A DNA stretch of 64,000 nucleotides from positions 24,180,001-24,244,000 of the forward strand of contig OZ024755.1 of the NCBI GenBank assembly GCA_964016885.1, in the 5' to 3' direction. The translations under genes were made by a program, and so were the position numbers. The notes beneath the pieces were generated by a model. It did not search any database. It was not told where the DNA came from and worked only from the letters and a program-made list of their open reading frames with translations. The stretch comes from Eledone cirrhosa (lineage: Eukaryota). Each line of letters starts with the position of its first letter. The first letter of the stretch is position 1. This document shows, in pieces, positions 11,430 through 23,452 of the stretch.

Positions 11430-11640
11430 TAATTAGAGCTTAAGACCAATAATTTGCAAGGAGGGGAAAATCAATTGCATCAACTCCACTATGTGACTGG
11501 TACTTAATCTAATCAATTTAAGAATGATGAAAGACAAAGTTGATCTTGGTGGTATTTGAAATCAGAATACGAAGGGCAGTAACTGAATACCAAAAGACAT
11601 TTTGTCTGATGCTCTAATGATTCTGTCAATCCACCACCAT
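11430..11640 (-). mobile_element. SINE family A, old diverged copy
   Basis: Recognisable CTGGTACTT...GATGAAAGACAAAGTTGA...GTCAATCCACC. Confidence 0.65.
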
Positions 11641-13039
11641 CCCAAAACAAATAATAAATAAAAATAAAATAAGACTATTTAAATACACTACAAATAATAA
11701 ATAAAAGTAAAAATGACTGTTTACATATTGTGATGTGGTTATTAGTGTGAGTCAACCAGCAAGAATGGCAGTCTGCTCAAGTATCTCATATAATTTGGTA
11801 GACAAATCCTGGGAACAGTGCCAGTGGGTTGAACATATAAAAAAATTAAATACTACACGTTCAGCAGAAAACTATATATTTTGATTGTTTTAAAATTCAA
11901 TTTAAATTATGGAATTCTCCCTCTTGTCTGCTTGCCAAAATATGTCATTAACTTTAATGACATTTTTTCTCATTATAGTTGTAATCTCAATTGATTGCGA
12001 CATATTTTTGGCTCAGTATGTAAGCCTGCACCTAGCTATATGCTATTCATGCAAAAAGCATCCTTCAAACATAACCAGTGAAAGAATCTGGAACAGGATA
12101 ACTAGTGCATAATTTGTAATATGAATTATTAAAGTATGCAATAACCTTTATGTCTAAAAAACTGAATCAGAATCAATTTCTCACTCCATATATTCATAAG
12201 ACCTCAAGGCGTTTAATTCTTCTTCCTTCATATCTGTTGTATTGGCTGAATTGGAGTATGTAAATAAAGCTTTTATCTCTCAACTTCGTATGTTCTATTT
12301 TGCAAAGTATTTTGGCACTAAATCATACCCTGTGGTCTGGCTCATTCTCTATCATATTTTCGATTTCCTTCATTTATTTTTTCCCCTATATGTTCGACAC
12401 CTATGGCTCATCTCATTTTCTCTCCCACTATCCACCCCTACAAACCACATATATCCAGCTAAACCAATCTAAAAACAGTAGTGTGAAAATGTCTTAACTC
12501 ATAGTCTATCACAATATCTACTGCTATTATTGTTGTTAAGGCAGATGGACTATAAAGTCAAAGAAATTCTTAATATGAATACAAAATCACCATCCATCTC
12601 CAGGCGACCATGCAAATTTTTTTCTTCTTTTCACATCCTATCCAAGAATTCATCCCCCTCTCCAATAATTCATCACCCTCTTCCAGGTGAACTCAAAAAC
12701 TTCAGAGTCACTACCATCAACTTAGGCTGGAAGAAGGAAGATCAGGTGAAATTGTAGAGATGCTTGAGTAAAAGAAAATTGATGCCAGAGAGGAGCATCA
12801 CCTTGACTCCATGTGGGCAGAAAATGATACTGCAAATTTCTCTGGGTAGGCAAATACAATGGACTGGGTAGAGTAGGCATTATGTTAGGAGAAAATGGGT
12901 AGATAAAGTAATCACAGTAAATAGAGTAAACAATAGAGTCATTAAACTTAGACTAGTCATAAATAGAACATGCACCTCAAACCAGACTGTTAAATAAACT
13001 AAAAGACAGCTTTTGAGAATCCCTAATGGAAACTAATTC

Positions 13040-13165
13040 CTTAACAAGTCATGGTGACTTTCATGGACATGTTGGGTAAAAATGTTGGGACTTCTCGGGT
13101 TCACAGAGGCTTTGAGTTTGGTATGAGAAATGAAGAAGGATCATGACTCTTGAAATTCTGCAACT
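13040..13165 (+). pseudogene. RTE LINE AP-endonuclease remnant
   Basis: Translation GDFHGHVG...RVHRGFEFGMRNEEGS*LLKFC matches the GDFNGHVG...GFG.RN.EG.RLLEFC motif. Confidence 0.7.
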
Positions 13166-13429
13166 AAGGGCAACCATGTTAAATTGGGTCAACACTGTCA
13201 AGACCAGGTTAAATTAGGTCAAATCTGCCAAGACCAATATTTTGGCCAGTTGTTGATTAGGTCAAGTCTGCCAAAATCAATATTTCAGATAATGACTAAT
13301 TTGGTCAACACTGCCAAGACCAAATATTTCATACAATTGTTGATTAGGTCAACATTGCCAAGACTAATAAATAATTCAAAGCATATCTTTTTATATTCTA
13401 CCTTTTATTATAATTTTGCTTTTCTTCTT

Positions 13430-13690
13430 CGCCCAATTATTCGCAAGAGGGTCATGGAGGCAGAGTCCTCAAACACACCTTCCAACGGGGTCCTGTCAGA
13501 AGCTAATGTCTCCAACTGATCCGGCTGGATCGCCAAGTGAGCCAGCCAATCTCACGAATGTTATCCAACCATTTTGCTCGGAGTCTATCCCTGGGATTCT
13601 TGCTGGTTAGTTTTGCCCATAAAATCTGTCCAGTGATTCTTTCCTGAGACATTCTAACCCCATGCCCATAGTATCGGAGCTGTCCAAAAT
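13430..13690 (-). pseudogene. RTE-clade LINE 3' coding remnant
   Basis: Minus-strand QLRYYGHGVRMSQERITGQILWAK...PRDRLRAKWLDNI. Confidence 0.7.
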
Positions 13691-14292
13691 TTTTATGTTT
13701 TGATTTCTTTTTTCATCTCCTGTCTAGTGATGCCATTGACACTTGTACTTGACATACTGATTGGGTTTGATTACTCCAAAGACATTAACAATATTACTTT
13801 AATATGTTTCACATCAATAAATTCTCTATTGATTGTGTGCACTCTTGAGCTTATTGTCAATTATTTTAGAAAGATAGCTCATAAAACATACAATGGATAT
13901 ATAAAACTCAGAAGCAGTAAAAATTCTTGAAAATAAATCTGTATAAACTACTAGAATGGCAGACAGCTTAACATTAAGCATTAACATTGTTCTATATGTT
14001 AAGCAAAATTAAGCAGGAGATAATTTTACTAACATAAAAAGTTATTTCAATAACAGAAAAGGAAAATAAAAGTATATAAATAAAATGAAAATAAGAAAAA
14101 AGGAAGAAAGAAAAGAGGCAAGTAATTCAGTCACCTGCAGCAGAAAGAGGATATTGTTTATTTTTTTATAATAGATATGGTAATGATGATGATGACGAAG
14201 ACAATAACAATGATGCTGGTGGTGGTGGTGGTCATCATCAGCACCATCGTGGTGATGATGATGTTGATACTACTACTACTTATTATTATTAT

Positions 14293-14695
14293 GGCGGTGG
14301 ATTGGCAGTATCGGTAGAGGGTCGGACACCATGCTGTGCAGCACAGTTACGTCCCTTTACGGATTGAGTTCAAATCCCGCCGAGGTTAACTTTGCCTTTC
14401 ATCCTTACGGGGTCGATAAAATAAAGTACCAGTAATACACTGGGATAATTGCTGGCTTTGTGCCAAAAGTAGAAACAATTATTATTATTATGGCAGTATC
14501 GGTAAAGAGTCGGATGCCATGCTTTGCAGCATAGAGTTATGGCCATTTACAGTCGGCGGTCAAATCTTGCCAAGGTTAACTTTGCCTTTCATCCTTATGA
14601 GTAACGTACTGGAGTCGATTTAATCAACTTTCCCCTCCCCCACAAATTACTGGCCTTGTGCCTATACTAGAAATCATCATTATTATTATTATTAT
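14293..14695 (+). mobile_element. Head-to-tail pair of family A SINEs (14293-14490 short variant; 14491-14695 long variant)
   Basis: Two consecutive copies, each ending AGAAA(C/T)...ATTATTATT. Confidence 0.9.
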
Positions 14696-14697
14696 TC

Positions 14698-14915
14698 TTC
14701 TTGGAGTCTCAGTCATTAATGTTATTTAACTGAAAAGTTTGTTCAAATGGACATCAAGCTGCTACGTGTAGCCTCAGATATTCAGGACATATCAGAGGGT
14801 TCTTGCTGTTCCCAGCAAGCATGCCTTTTGAAGCGTTCCAAAAAAGGGGGCTGTACTAATGTTCTTTAACCATGCTTGAAAATTCTGAGATAGCACCTAT
14901 AGCTCCTATGACAAG
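14698..14915 (-). mobile_element. R4/Dong-clade LINE 3' end in (TAA)n repeats
   Basis: Minus-strand VIGAIGAIS../..WLKNI...TLQKACLLGTARTL*YVL. (TAT)n on both sides, consistent with the known Dong preference for TAA repeats. Confidence 0.75.
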
Positions 14916-15816
14916 CATATTATTATTATTATTGTCATGTTGAGTGTCAATTATTATAATTGACATTCAGCATGATTTTAGAAAGACGCAAAATTCAAAG
15001 GAAGTTTCAAAAAATAATAATAATGATTTCTTTATTAAGCATGAAGGGTTCATATTAAGAAAACATTAAGGATGGTACAGGAAAGCACAGAGTGGTGTAG
15101 TGTCGGTTTTGGTATGTAAAAAGTTAAAAACAAGGAAAATGTAAAAATTCAAATGAGGGGGGGGGGGGGGGGCTTCCAGGAATCACACGGAAAAAACCCA
15201 CAAAAAGCCACAGTCACCCTAACCGCTAAGGCAAGTCCCCTCTCCCAAGAGGGACATAAGACCTATGTCTTATGCCACTCTTGAGACAAAAATAATTCAA
15301 CAAATAACGGTTTAAAAGACTTAAAACTAGAAACTTACTGGAGCTTACAGTAACATGTCTTCACAAGTCAGTTGCCAATAATAATAATAATAATAACAAT
15401 AATGGCTTCCGTGGAAAGAAAAGAAAAAATGGAAATAAGTTCGTATTTGATTAACTACTGTATAGAATATTGCTATTTCATATCTCAGTTATTTCAAGCC
15501 TCTGGCACTACCATTTAATATAATTTCATCTTTTATAACTAAGCTGGAATCAAGAGAAATCATCTTTTACGCTGGCCCATTGCAGTTTTATTTTTGTTGT
15601 TATTGTTGTTAGGGTTATTTTTCTTACTCTTTAGTAAGTTAAATGTAAGTAAATCAAGCAGTAAATACAATATTAATGGTCTGTAACCAAGGCAAAAAAT
15701 TGAGTTAACATCTTCATTTGGAACCAAGATTGGAAGGAATTGGTTAATTATAATTATTTCTTCACCTGTTAAGAATTAAGGAATCTACAATCAAATTCCA
15801 TTCATTGGTGTGAGTG

Positions 15817-15990
15817 GAAGCAGGCAGTCATGGCTGTGTGGTTAAAGGTTTGAGTTGCAACCATGCTTTGTGGTTTGATTTAACTGTGCAGCATCTTAGG
15901 TGTGTGACTCCTACTATAACCCTGAGTAGATTTATGCTTTGAGAGTGAGATCTGATAAATAGAAACTGGGTGGAAGTCAATCATATATGT
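15817..15990 (+). mobile_element. Old tRNA-derived SINE, diverged
   Basis: A-box-like TGGCTGTGTGGTTAA, then CTACTATAACCCTGAG...GAAACTG..GGAAG, ending in TATATGT. Confidence 0.45.
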
Positions 15991-16480
15991 TAACAACATA
16001 TGCAAAATCCTGATTACAAGATACTCTTGTAATAAACTATGCAAGAACTAAAGAGTTCTTAAAATCCATCAAACCAGAATGAAATGCTTGAAGTAAAATA
16101 ATATGATGCAGTACATAAACCTTGAATCCAGTGTGACACATGAGGAGCCTTGCCAGGAATCATCCCATAAAGCCTCATCCCTCTCCACTTATTGCAGCTT
16201 CCTAATGCCTGCAGAATAGTTCAACTGCACTGGATTAATTGTTCTCCAGCTAGCAACTAGAGAATGGCTGAAGTTTGATAAAGAAAGACATGATTAACAT
16301 CCTTCAAGTCACTGCCAGAAATGCAGATAGTCAGCTCTATACAATGACTGCCATCATTATCAGCTGCACTGCTGATAGTTTTTGCAATATTGAGAAAAGT
16401 AGCACCATGCCCACTACTTGCACCATGATCTGCAGGGCCACCAAAATGCATCAACTCCTGCAGGAGCTGTGCCACCTTAA

Positions 16481-16689
16481 CTCTTTAGCATTTACATTAC
16501 TCTATATATAGTATTGTATTTTCGTGGTGAAGGCTTTAACTCACATAATTATCACACACATTATCGAATCTATGAGATTTTGATATTATTTATTTTGAGA
16601 ACAATACCTTAACATCAGTATGAGTAGCCAGTTACAGCGGGTTTGAACAGAGAAAGGTTAGAGAATTCTGGCCGGATATGGCTAAAGGG
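16481..16689. mobile_element. piggyBac-type MITE
   Basis: TTAA-CTCTTTAGCATTTA...GCTAAAGGG-TTAA; same family as 22907-23127. Confidence 0.85.
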
Positions 16690-16899
16690 TTAAGAAACAA
16701 TACAAGGCATCCACTGAGAAGGAGAAGCAAGCTTTAACTAGCCTTCAAAAATATAAGGAAAAGACTTATGACCCTACATAGAGCAAATTAGAAGAGGAAA
16801 AAGGTAAGACAGGGAGAGAGAGGAAGTGAACTGCATTTTTTTGCCTAGTCCAGGTGCAGTACCATATCAAGTTAATCATTTTCTATAATAGAGTTCAAT

Positions 16900-17260
16900 A
16901 TGAGAGGAGCAAGCCTAAATGAGAAGGCATCATCAAACTTGCTTGGCCTCTGCTCCAAACTCTAGGGTTTATCTATATATAGCTTACAAGTCTTGCTGAA
17001 AGATCTTCAGTATGTTGCTGTTAATGTGGGAGCTACCTGTGAAAGTATTTTATTAGTGTTGATATCCAGGTTGTGGATTTCTTCAAATGCCCAGTCTAAT
17101 ATTTCAAATGTAAATACTAGCCCTGACACTGCAAAAGCATTGGGGGCTGTGGTTTTATTGGATGTAGACAGCTCTCAAGTCTATATTCTTCACAATCTGC
17201 TGAGGTATATCTAGGTCATTCTGGCTTTACTTACATAACTGATGTCTGCAATGTTCTTAT
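16900..17260 (-). pseudogene. R4/Dong-clade LINE post-RT remnant
   Basis: Minus-strand ELSTSNKTTAPNAFAVSGLVFTFEILDWAFEEIHNLDINTNKILS resembles SELSA.NK..AHN.FAVP.L.Y.FG..DW..EEI..LD..TRKIL. Confidence 0.7.
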
Positions 17261-17686
17261 CAATACTGTTTGGTGCCTGCATGTGCATTTACCTCACTAC
17301 AAGTAAGACACACATAGGTCTTGTTAGGACATCATTCTAGGGGAAGGAAAACTGATGTAAAACATGTGATTTGATATTCGATGGCAGCCAATGATGATGC
17401 TGACATTCTTTTTGGATACCTCTCTCAGTTGTTCAGAGAGTAGGATTGGTCCAGTACAAGGCTTTTCTTCATTTAAAAAAGCTTCAAGCACAGGCATCAC
17501 TTGATCTAAATGACTTTCCTGTGTGTTGCATGAGCATAGCCTTTTCTTTTTTCTTTCACTGCAGCATATGCTGAAAGGAATCTAAGTCCTTGGAAGGGCT
17601 AAAGTCATGTTAATGACACCCATATAAGAGAAACAAGTCAAGGGATGGCAATTCTCGAAACTGAGATGCAGCCATTATGTATGTAA

Positions 17687-17880
17687 GGGCAGTGGATTCG
17701 CAATATCGGTAGAAGGTCTGACGCTATGCTTTGACGTATAGAGTTACGGCCCTTGCCATTCTGAGTTCGAATCCCGCCGAGGTTCACTTTGCCTTTCATC
17801 CTTACGGGGTCGATAAAATAAAGTACCAGTAATGCACTAGGTAATTGCTGGCCTTGTGCCAAACAGTAGAAACAATTATG
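17687..17880 (+). mobile_element. SINE family A
   Basis: B-box GAGTTCGAATCCCGCC, central CCTTTCATCCTTACGGGGTCGATAAAATAAAGTACC. Likely TSD ATTATGTATGTA. Confidence 0.9.
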
Positions 17881-17920
17881 TATGTATGTATAAAACTAGA
17901 AACAATATTCTAATAGAATG

Positions 17921-18005
17921 AAATGAAATTTGCTAATATAGACCAACATTAGTTTCTTAGAATTTCTAAGAAACTAATGTCGGTCTATATTAGCAAATTT
18001 CATTT
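17921..18005. repeat. 85-bp palindrome (42-bp arms, one mismatch)
   Basis: AAATGAAATTTGCTAATATAGACCAACATTAGTTTCTTAGAA-T-TTCTAAGAAACTAATGTCGGTCTATATTAGCAAATTTCATTT. Confidence 0.95.
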
Positions 18006-19389
18006 TATAAAGTTTGCTGATTTAGATAAATGTGTGCCTTGTGGAAACAAATATATGCAATGTGATTTAAATTAAGTTTACTCCTTAGAAGAGCTTTGCT
18101 GAAAATGTCAGTATTCTGATATCCCCATCACATACTAACATCTAAAGTTTTAAGAATATAAAAAATATTAGCAGAATGTACTATACAGGGAAATTGCCTA
18201 GCCTAGGGTGAACATCATAGACTCAGCATGGATTTAATATACACTATTCAGAAGATATTTCATCAATTCCTTTTTTCTTTTCTGTAGACAGCTGTAGAAT
18301 TTAGAGAATGGGAACACTGGAATACAGGTATTCTCAGCTACTTGAAAAGAAAAACAAAACTAAAGTATATAATATTGTTCTTTTCTTGTTGATACCACAA
18401 AGAAAATATGTATCTAACTATCTTCACTAGTTATACTATATAATAAGTAGTCATATCAACACTCTGCTTAAAAGATTCAATTTGGCTTTGTGTCTGACAT
18501 TAGGTGAAACATAAATTTAGATTTTGCTTTCATATATAGCCTAGATGTTTCTATGTTTCTAACATGTGCAATTTTTATGATTTATTACAGTTTGGCCAAT
18601 TAACAACCAAAGTATCAAAGACCACTGAGATTTAGCTCCTGGTCAACTTTATTAAAGCAAATCCTGTGACCATCCCAGTATTTTTTTCTATTTCAAAATG
18701 CAATTTGCCTGAAAAAAACAACAAAAAATAAATACAGGACGGTCATTGCTCCTCTTTAATTCTCTCCTCTCTCCCACTCCCTGTACACCATCCTTTTTTT
18801 CTTTCTTTCCCACTCCCTATCCCACTCCATTCTTTTTCTCTGGAAGAAGTCAGTTGTGATCAAACCATCAGGTTTCAAATGTCCAAGAAATACAGTATGT
18901 CACAATGGCATCCTTATGGCCCCACAAGGAGTTAAGGATTAAGTGATAGTGAAGATGCTCATTTCCCACACAATATTGGAAATTTCCTTCTTTTTCAGCA
19001 GGTTATCAGGTCTACTTATAATGTCAATATTTCAGCCAATTCCAACTGTGTTACTGTTTTTATTCATTCCTCACCAAGATTTCTCTCTATTCCATATGTC
19101 TTTTGTATTAGTATCACTATTCTATTAGAATCACTATTCTATCACTATTCGTATTAGTATCACTTTTGTATTAGTATGACTAAAATATTTAGAACTGAAA
19201 GGCTGAATAGGCAACGACAGAACTCATATGTATTTTCTAATAAATCAAATACTTTTAATTGAGGACTAACCCCACTACCTACTGAGGTGTTATTCATAAA
19301 ACCAACAAATTTGAATAAGTAACTATTTTATATCAGTTTCAATCACTGAAATATTGGTTAGTGTGAAAACTCCTTCGTATTTCCTATTG

Positions 19390-19720
19390 GGAACATAAAA
19401 CCAATGAATACGTGCAGAGTAAGGTTAAAGGTTTTGTGAGTCACCAGGAACCTCTCCTCGCCACTGTCAAGAGGAAGAAACTGGCATAGTTTGGCCACGT
19501 CATGCGACATGACGGCCTGTCATGTCACCGTCGAAGGTGGATGCAGGAGCGGGGGTCAACGCAAAAACTGGTTGGACAATGTCAAAGAATGGACACAAAT
19601 GATGACACCAAATTTGTTGACGGCCGCCGTTGATAGACTGTTTTGAGTGAGTGCTGCAACTGCAGTAGGATCCCCCCCCTCCCCGGCTACTACAGAAGTC
19701 AAGGGACTGATGATGATGAT
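19390..19720 (+). mobile_element. RTE LINE 3' end remnant with (TGA)n tail
   Basis: FGHVMRHDGL...VEGGCRSGGQRKNWLDNVKEWT followed by CTGATGATGAT. Confidence 0.75.
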
Positions 19721-20659
19721 AAAGAGATAGAAATTGTTTCATAAATATATTAAAATATGATTGAAAACATTGTAAATGTTTGATTACTTCAAATATGTTA
19801 TTTAACAGAAAAATTGTGATCAATTTTATTTCATTATAAATTTAATAGAACGCGGGTTGAAATTTGTGACAATTACAAAAAATATCATATGTGAACTCGT
19901 GAATGAAAAAGCTATGCATATATTACATTTTGTGGTCCTTTTCTCCTGCACTAATGCATGCATGCATCATCATCATCCAGTTTTTTCATTATGCAGGACA
20001 CAATCCCTAAGTAGGGTGGGTCCTGTCTGACAGTGCTCATTAGTGTCCCACTACCTGTGTTCCTGTTTGCCGGTCTCACTTGGACCAGGCCACGTCTAGC
20101 TTGATCATGACAGACATCAGTCCACTGCTCTTCATAGTCATCTTGGACACCCCGTCTCGAGGATTCCATACAAGCTGCCCTAGGGAAGCCTTATACACTG
20201 GTGACCTTATCATGGCAGAAAGCATAGAGTGGCTGTTCTAGAAACTGGAGCACTGGAAAACATCTAACATTCACTACACTTGTGTGTACAATCTACATAC
20301 ATGCACACACATATACACATACGTGTCAGCATATTGAAAAAAATTCTAGTAGTATAGATTTCTCATACAGGCACAACGCCTCAAGTTTACAAGAATGGAA
20401 CAGTTGATTATATTAGCAGTTATTTTGTTTTTATCAACTCCAGACGTATGAAAAGTAAAGTTGATCTCAGCAGGAAACAATTTTAAAAGAGAAAAAACAA
20501 TCAATAACCAAGTGAAATACATATTTTAAGAAGTGGATCAATATGAATAAAAAATATTTAATGTGACTTTGAATGGCAGTTATATTGTTGTAGAATCACA
20601 GTTATAAATCATTATTTTTCAATTGTAATTGAGTTTATCAAATTTCTAAAAGATATATG

Positions 20660-21040
20660 TTCTATGTAAGTACAAAGAAAGTGCTCAAGCGTGGAAATGC
20701 TTTAAAGAGAGCTTATAAAAATAGGGTGAAGACCAGCCATATCTGGCCAGAATTCTCTCACCTCTTTCTGTTGAAACTGGCCGTAACTGGCCACTCATAC
20801 TGACATTAAAGTATTGTTCTCAAAATAAATAATATCAAAATTTCATAGATTCAATATTATGCGAGATAATTATGTGAGATAAAGCTTTTACCACAAAAAT
20901 ACAATAGTATATATAGAGTAATGTAAATGCTAAGGGGTTAAAAGATTGAAAAAGAAGTTGCTATTGGCCGCTATGAGGAATTGAACCCCATATCTTCCAG
21001 ATACCAGCTACATGCTTTAACCTTTAAGCTAAGGAGCCAT
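20660..21040 (-). mobile_element. tRNA-headed SINE (family D) interrupted by a piggyBac-type MITE (~20733-20937); partial second copy at ~21500-21625
   Basis: Minus-strand head GGCTCCTTAGCTTAAAGGTTAAAGCA...GGGGTTCAATTCCTC. The second copy shows the empty site GAAGACCC-TTAA-AAGAT. Confidence 0.65.
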
Positions 21041-21156
21041 AACAAATCCCTTCCAGTCATTTTTAATGAGATAACTGGACAACAGCTTTCAGATGTCAGC
21101 AGACTGACAAACAGACAATGTATGAAGCCGGATTTTGGGCTTTTGAAGTGTTGAGA

Positions 21157-21495
21157 ATCATCATCATCACCATTTTACGTCCGCTTTTCCCTGCTTGCAA
21201 GGGCAGGACGGGAACTGATTCTGGCTTGATTTCTACAGCTGGATGCCCTTCCTAACACCAACCTCATTTACAGTGAGTGCTGGGTGCTTTTTTGCCGTGG
21301 CACCTACATGGCCACTTTGCAGTGGAATGATAGGGATCCCAGTCCCTATCATCTCATTTCTACAGCTGAGTAAACTGGAGCAATGTGAAATAAAGTGTCT
21401 TGCTCAAGGAAACAACACATCATCCGGTCTGAGAATCGAACTCACAACCTTTCGATTGCAAAGCCAATACTCTAACCACTAAGCCATGTGCCTCC
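21157..21495 (-). mobile_element. SINE family B (tRNA-like head, RTE-derived tail)
   Basis: Near-identical to 30626-30976 and 37628-37958. A-box TGGCTTAGTGG, B-box GAGTTCGATTC, (GAT)n tail. Confidence 0.9.
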
Positions 21496-22299
21496 ATATA
21501 TGTATATATAAGTATAAAGAAAGTGCTCAAGCACAAAAATGCGATAACAATAGCTTATAAAATAGAGTGAAGACCCTTAAAAGATAAAAGAAGTTGCCCT
21601 CAGCTGCTATGAGGAATTGAACTATGTTTCCACAAATAATTATTTATGATAGAGTAAAAGGAAACACATTCTGACCTTTTATTAAACCTAGGCTGAAATA
21701 TTTAACATTAATTCTAAAGTTAAAATTCAAAGCATTCATTTCAGTTTCTATCTTTTATTCTCAGTGAGTGATCTGATCAGTTTTGCTAGCGGCAGGAATA
21801 AATATTCACAAATGTTATTTGCCTAATGTAGTAATATCTAGCTCCTTGAACAGAGAAATGGTAGGCATTCTACCAAGAAAGAATAGTAGAATAGTATAGT
21901 ATTATTGGATACCAGATGATGATGGTTCCGCCAATGGAAAAAACATATTCCAAATGTTAAAGAAGCATTTGAAATTGATTTCATGATTCTACTTCTAACA
22001 AAATACAGTGATTTTGTGCTTTTATTAGTTTTGAAAATAATGAAGAATTTGGAGACATTTAGTTAAAATACATAATTTTTATATTGATTTCTATATTACA
22101 TAATTTAACAAAAGTCTTTTACTTAAAATCATAATGGAAATAAAATTAGAATTTGATTTTTCACTTTCACATAGCGGATTACAAAGGTAATAACACAGAA
22201 ACATGTTGACTGTTCCTCAATGCCACTGCTAAAATGAATGGATGACGATGGTCATAAAAAGAAAGCATAGCATAATGACGCTGTTTGCTGGCAAACAAA

Positions 22300-22675
22300 T
22301 CGGTGAATTGGCAGAAGAGTATTGGATGCCATGCTTTACAGCATAGTTACGTCCTTTTACGTGCTGAGTTTAAATTCTGCCGAGGTTAACTTTGCCTTTC
22401 ATCCTTACGGGGTCGATAAAATAAAGTACCAGTAATGCACTGGGTAATTGCTGGCCCTGTGCCTAAAGTAGAAACAATTATTAGTTTTAATATGAGGGGC
22501 AGTATTGGTAGGACGCCATGCTTTGACGCATAGAGTTACAGCCCTTTCCATTCCGAGTTCAAATTCTGCCGAGGTTAACTTTGCCTTTCATCCTTACGGG
22601 GTCGATAAAATAAAGTACCAGTAATGTACTGGGATAATTACTGACCTTGTGCCAAAAGTAGAAACAATTATTATT
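22300..22675 (+). mobile_element. Head-to-tail pair of family A SINEs
   Basis: Copies at about 22300-22482 and 22496-22675. Confidence 0.9.
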
Positions 22676-22906
22676 CGATATAAAACTGATAAATACATAA
22701 TGGAAATGTTTAATTTAAATACAAAAACTTTAATGCAGGCAGGTTTTTTATCATAAAACTAGGGGTAGATTCAGGTGGTCTAATATAAAAAATGTTAAAT
22801 CTATTATACAACGATGATACCTCTTCAATTAAAGATGATTACTTTAAGCAGCAAACTATTATTGCTCAAAATATAAATCTAACTTTTAGTTGAAGGTATG
22901 CCTTAA

Positions 22907-23127
22907 CCCTTTAGCATTTAAACCAGCCTTATACGACCAGAATTCTCTCACCTCTTTCTGTTCAAACTGGCCACAACTGGCCACTCAAACTAATGTTAAG
23001 GTATTGTTCTCAAAATTAATACTATCAAAGTTCCAGAGACTCGATATTATGTGAGATAATTATATGAGGTAAATCCTTTACCACAAAAATACAATAGTAA
23101 ATATAGAGCAATGTAAATGCTAAAGGG
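22907..23127. mobile_element. piggyBac-type MITE (221 bp), best-preserved copy
   Basis: Perfect 14-bp TIR CCCTTTAGCATTTA / TAAATGCTAAAGGG flanked by TTAA on both sides. Confidence 0.9.
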
Positions 23128-23175
23128 TTAAATATCCTGTAAATAAAATATAATGTTGTAAGATATGTTAAATCT

Positions 23176-23452
23176 AAGTCTGTCTTAAGTGAGAAGGCTC
23201 GTTGGGCCAGTGGTTATCCCAGTTTCATGGCGTGAAGTGACAGAGTACAAGACTTCCCCCTGGACAAGATATCAGTCCATCGCAGGGTTAAATCCCCAGC
23301 TATCGCTGGTACTCATTTTCAGCTGAGTATACTGAAGCAATATGAAAGGAAGTGTTTTACTCAAGAACACAACACGCAACCCAGCCCAGGAATAGAACCT
23401 ACAACATTATGACTGTAAGTCCAATACCCTTACCATTAGGCCACGTGCCTCC
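23176..23452 (-). mobile_element. SINE family C, full length
   Basis: Head GGAGGCACGTGGCCTAATGG. Flanking direct repeat AGATATGTTA at 23161-23170 and 23456-23465. Confidence 0.85.

Noticed and set aside
18838-18872. Degenerate hammerhead-like motif (TGGAAGAAGTCA..TGATCAAACC); also 6975-7010 minus and ~54130-54170 minus
   Set aside because: Core boxes are mutated and stem I is unsupported. They may be decayed Penelope termini but cannot be called.
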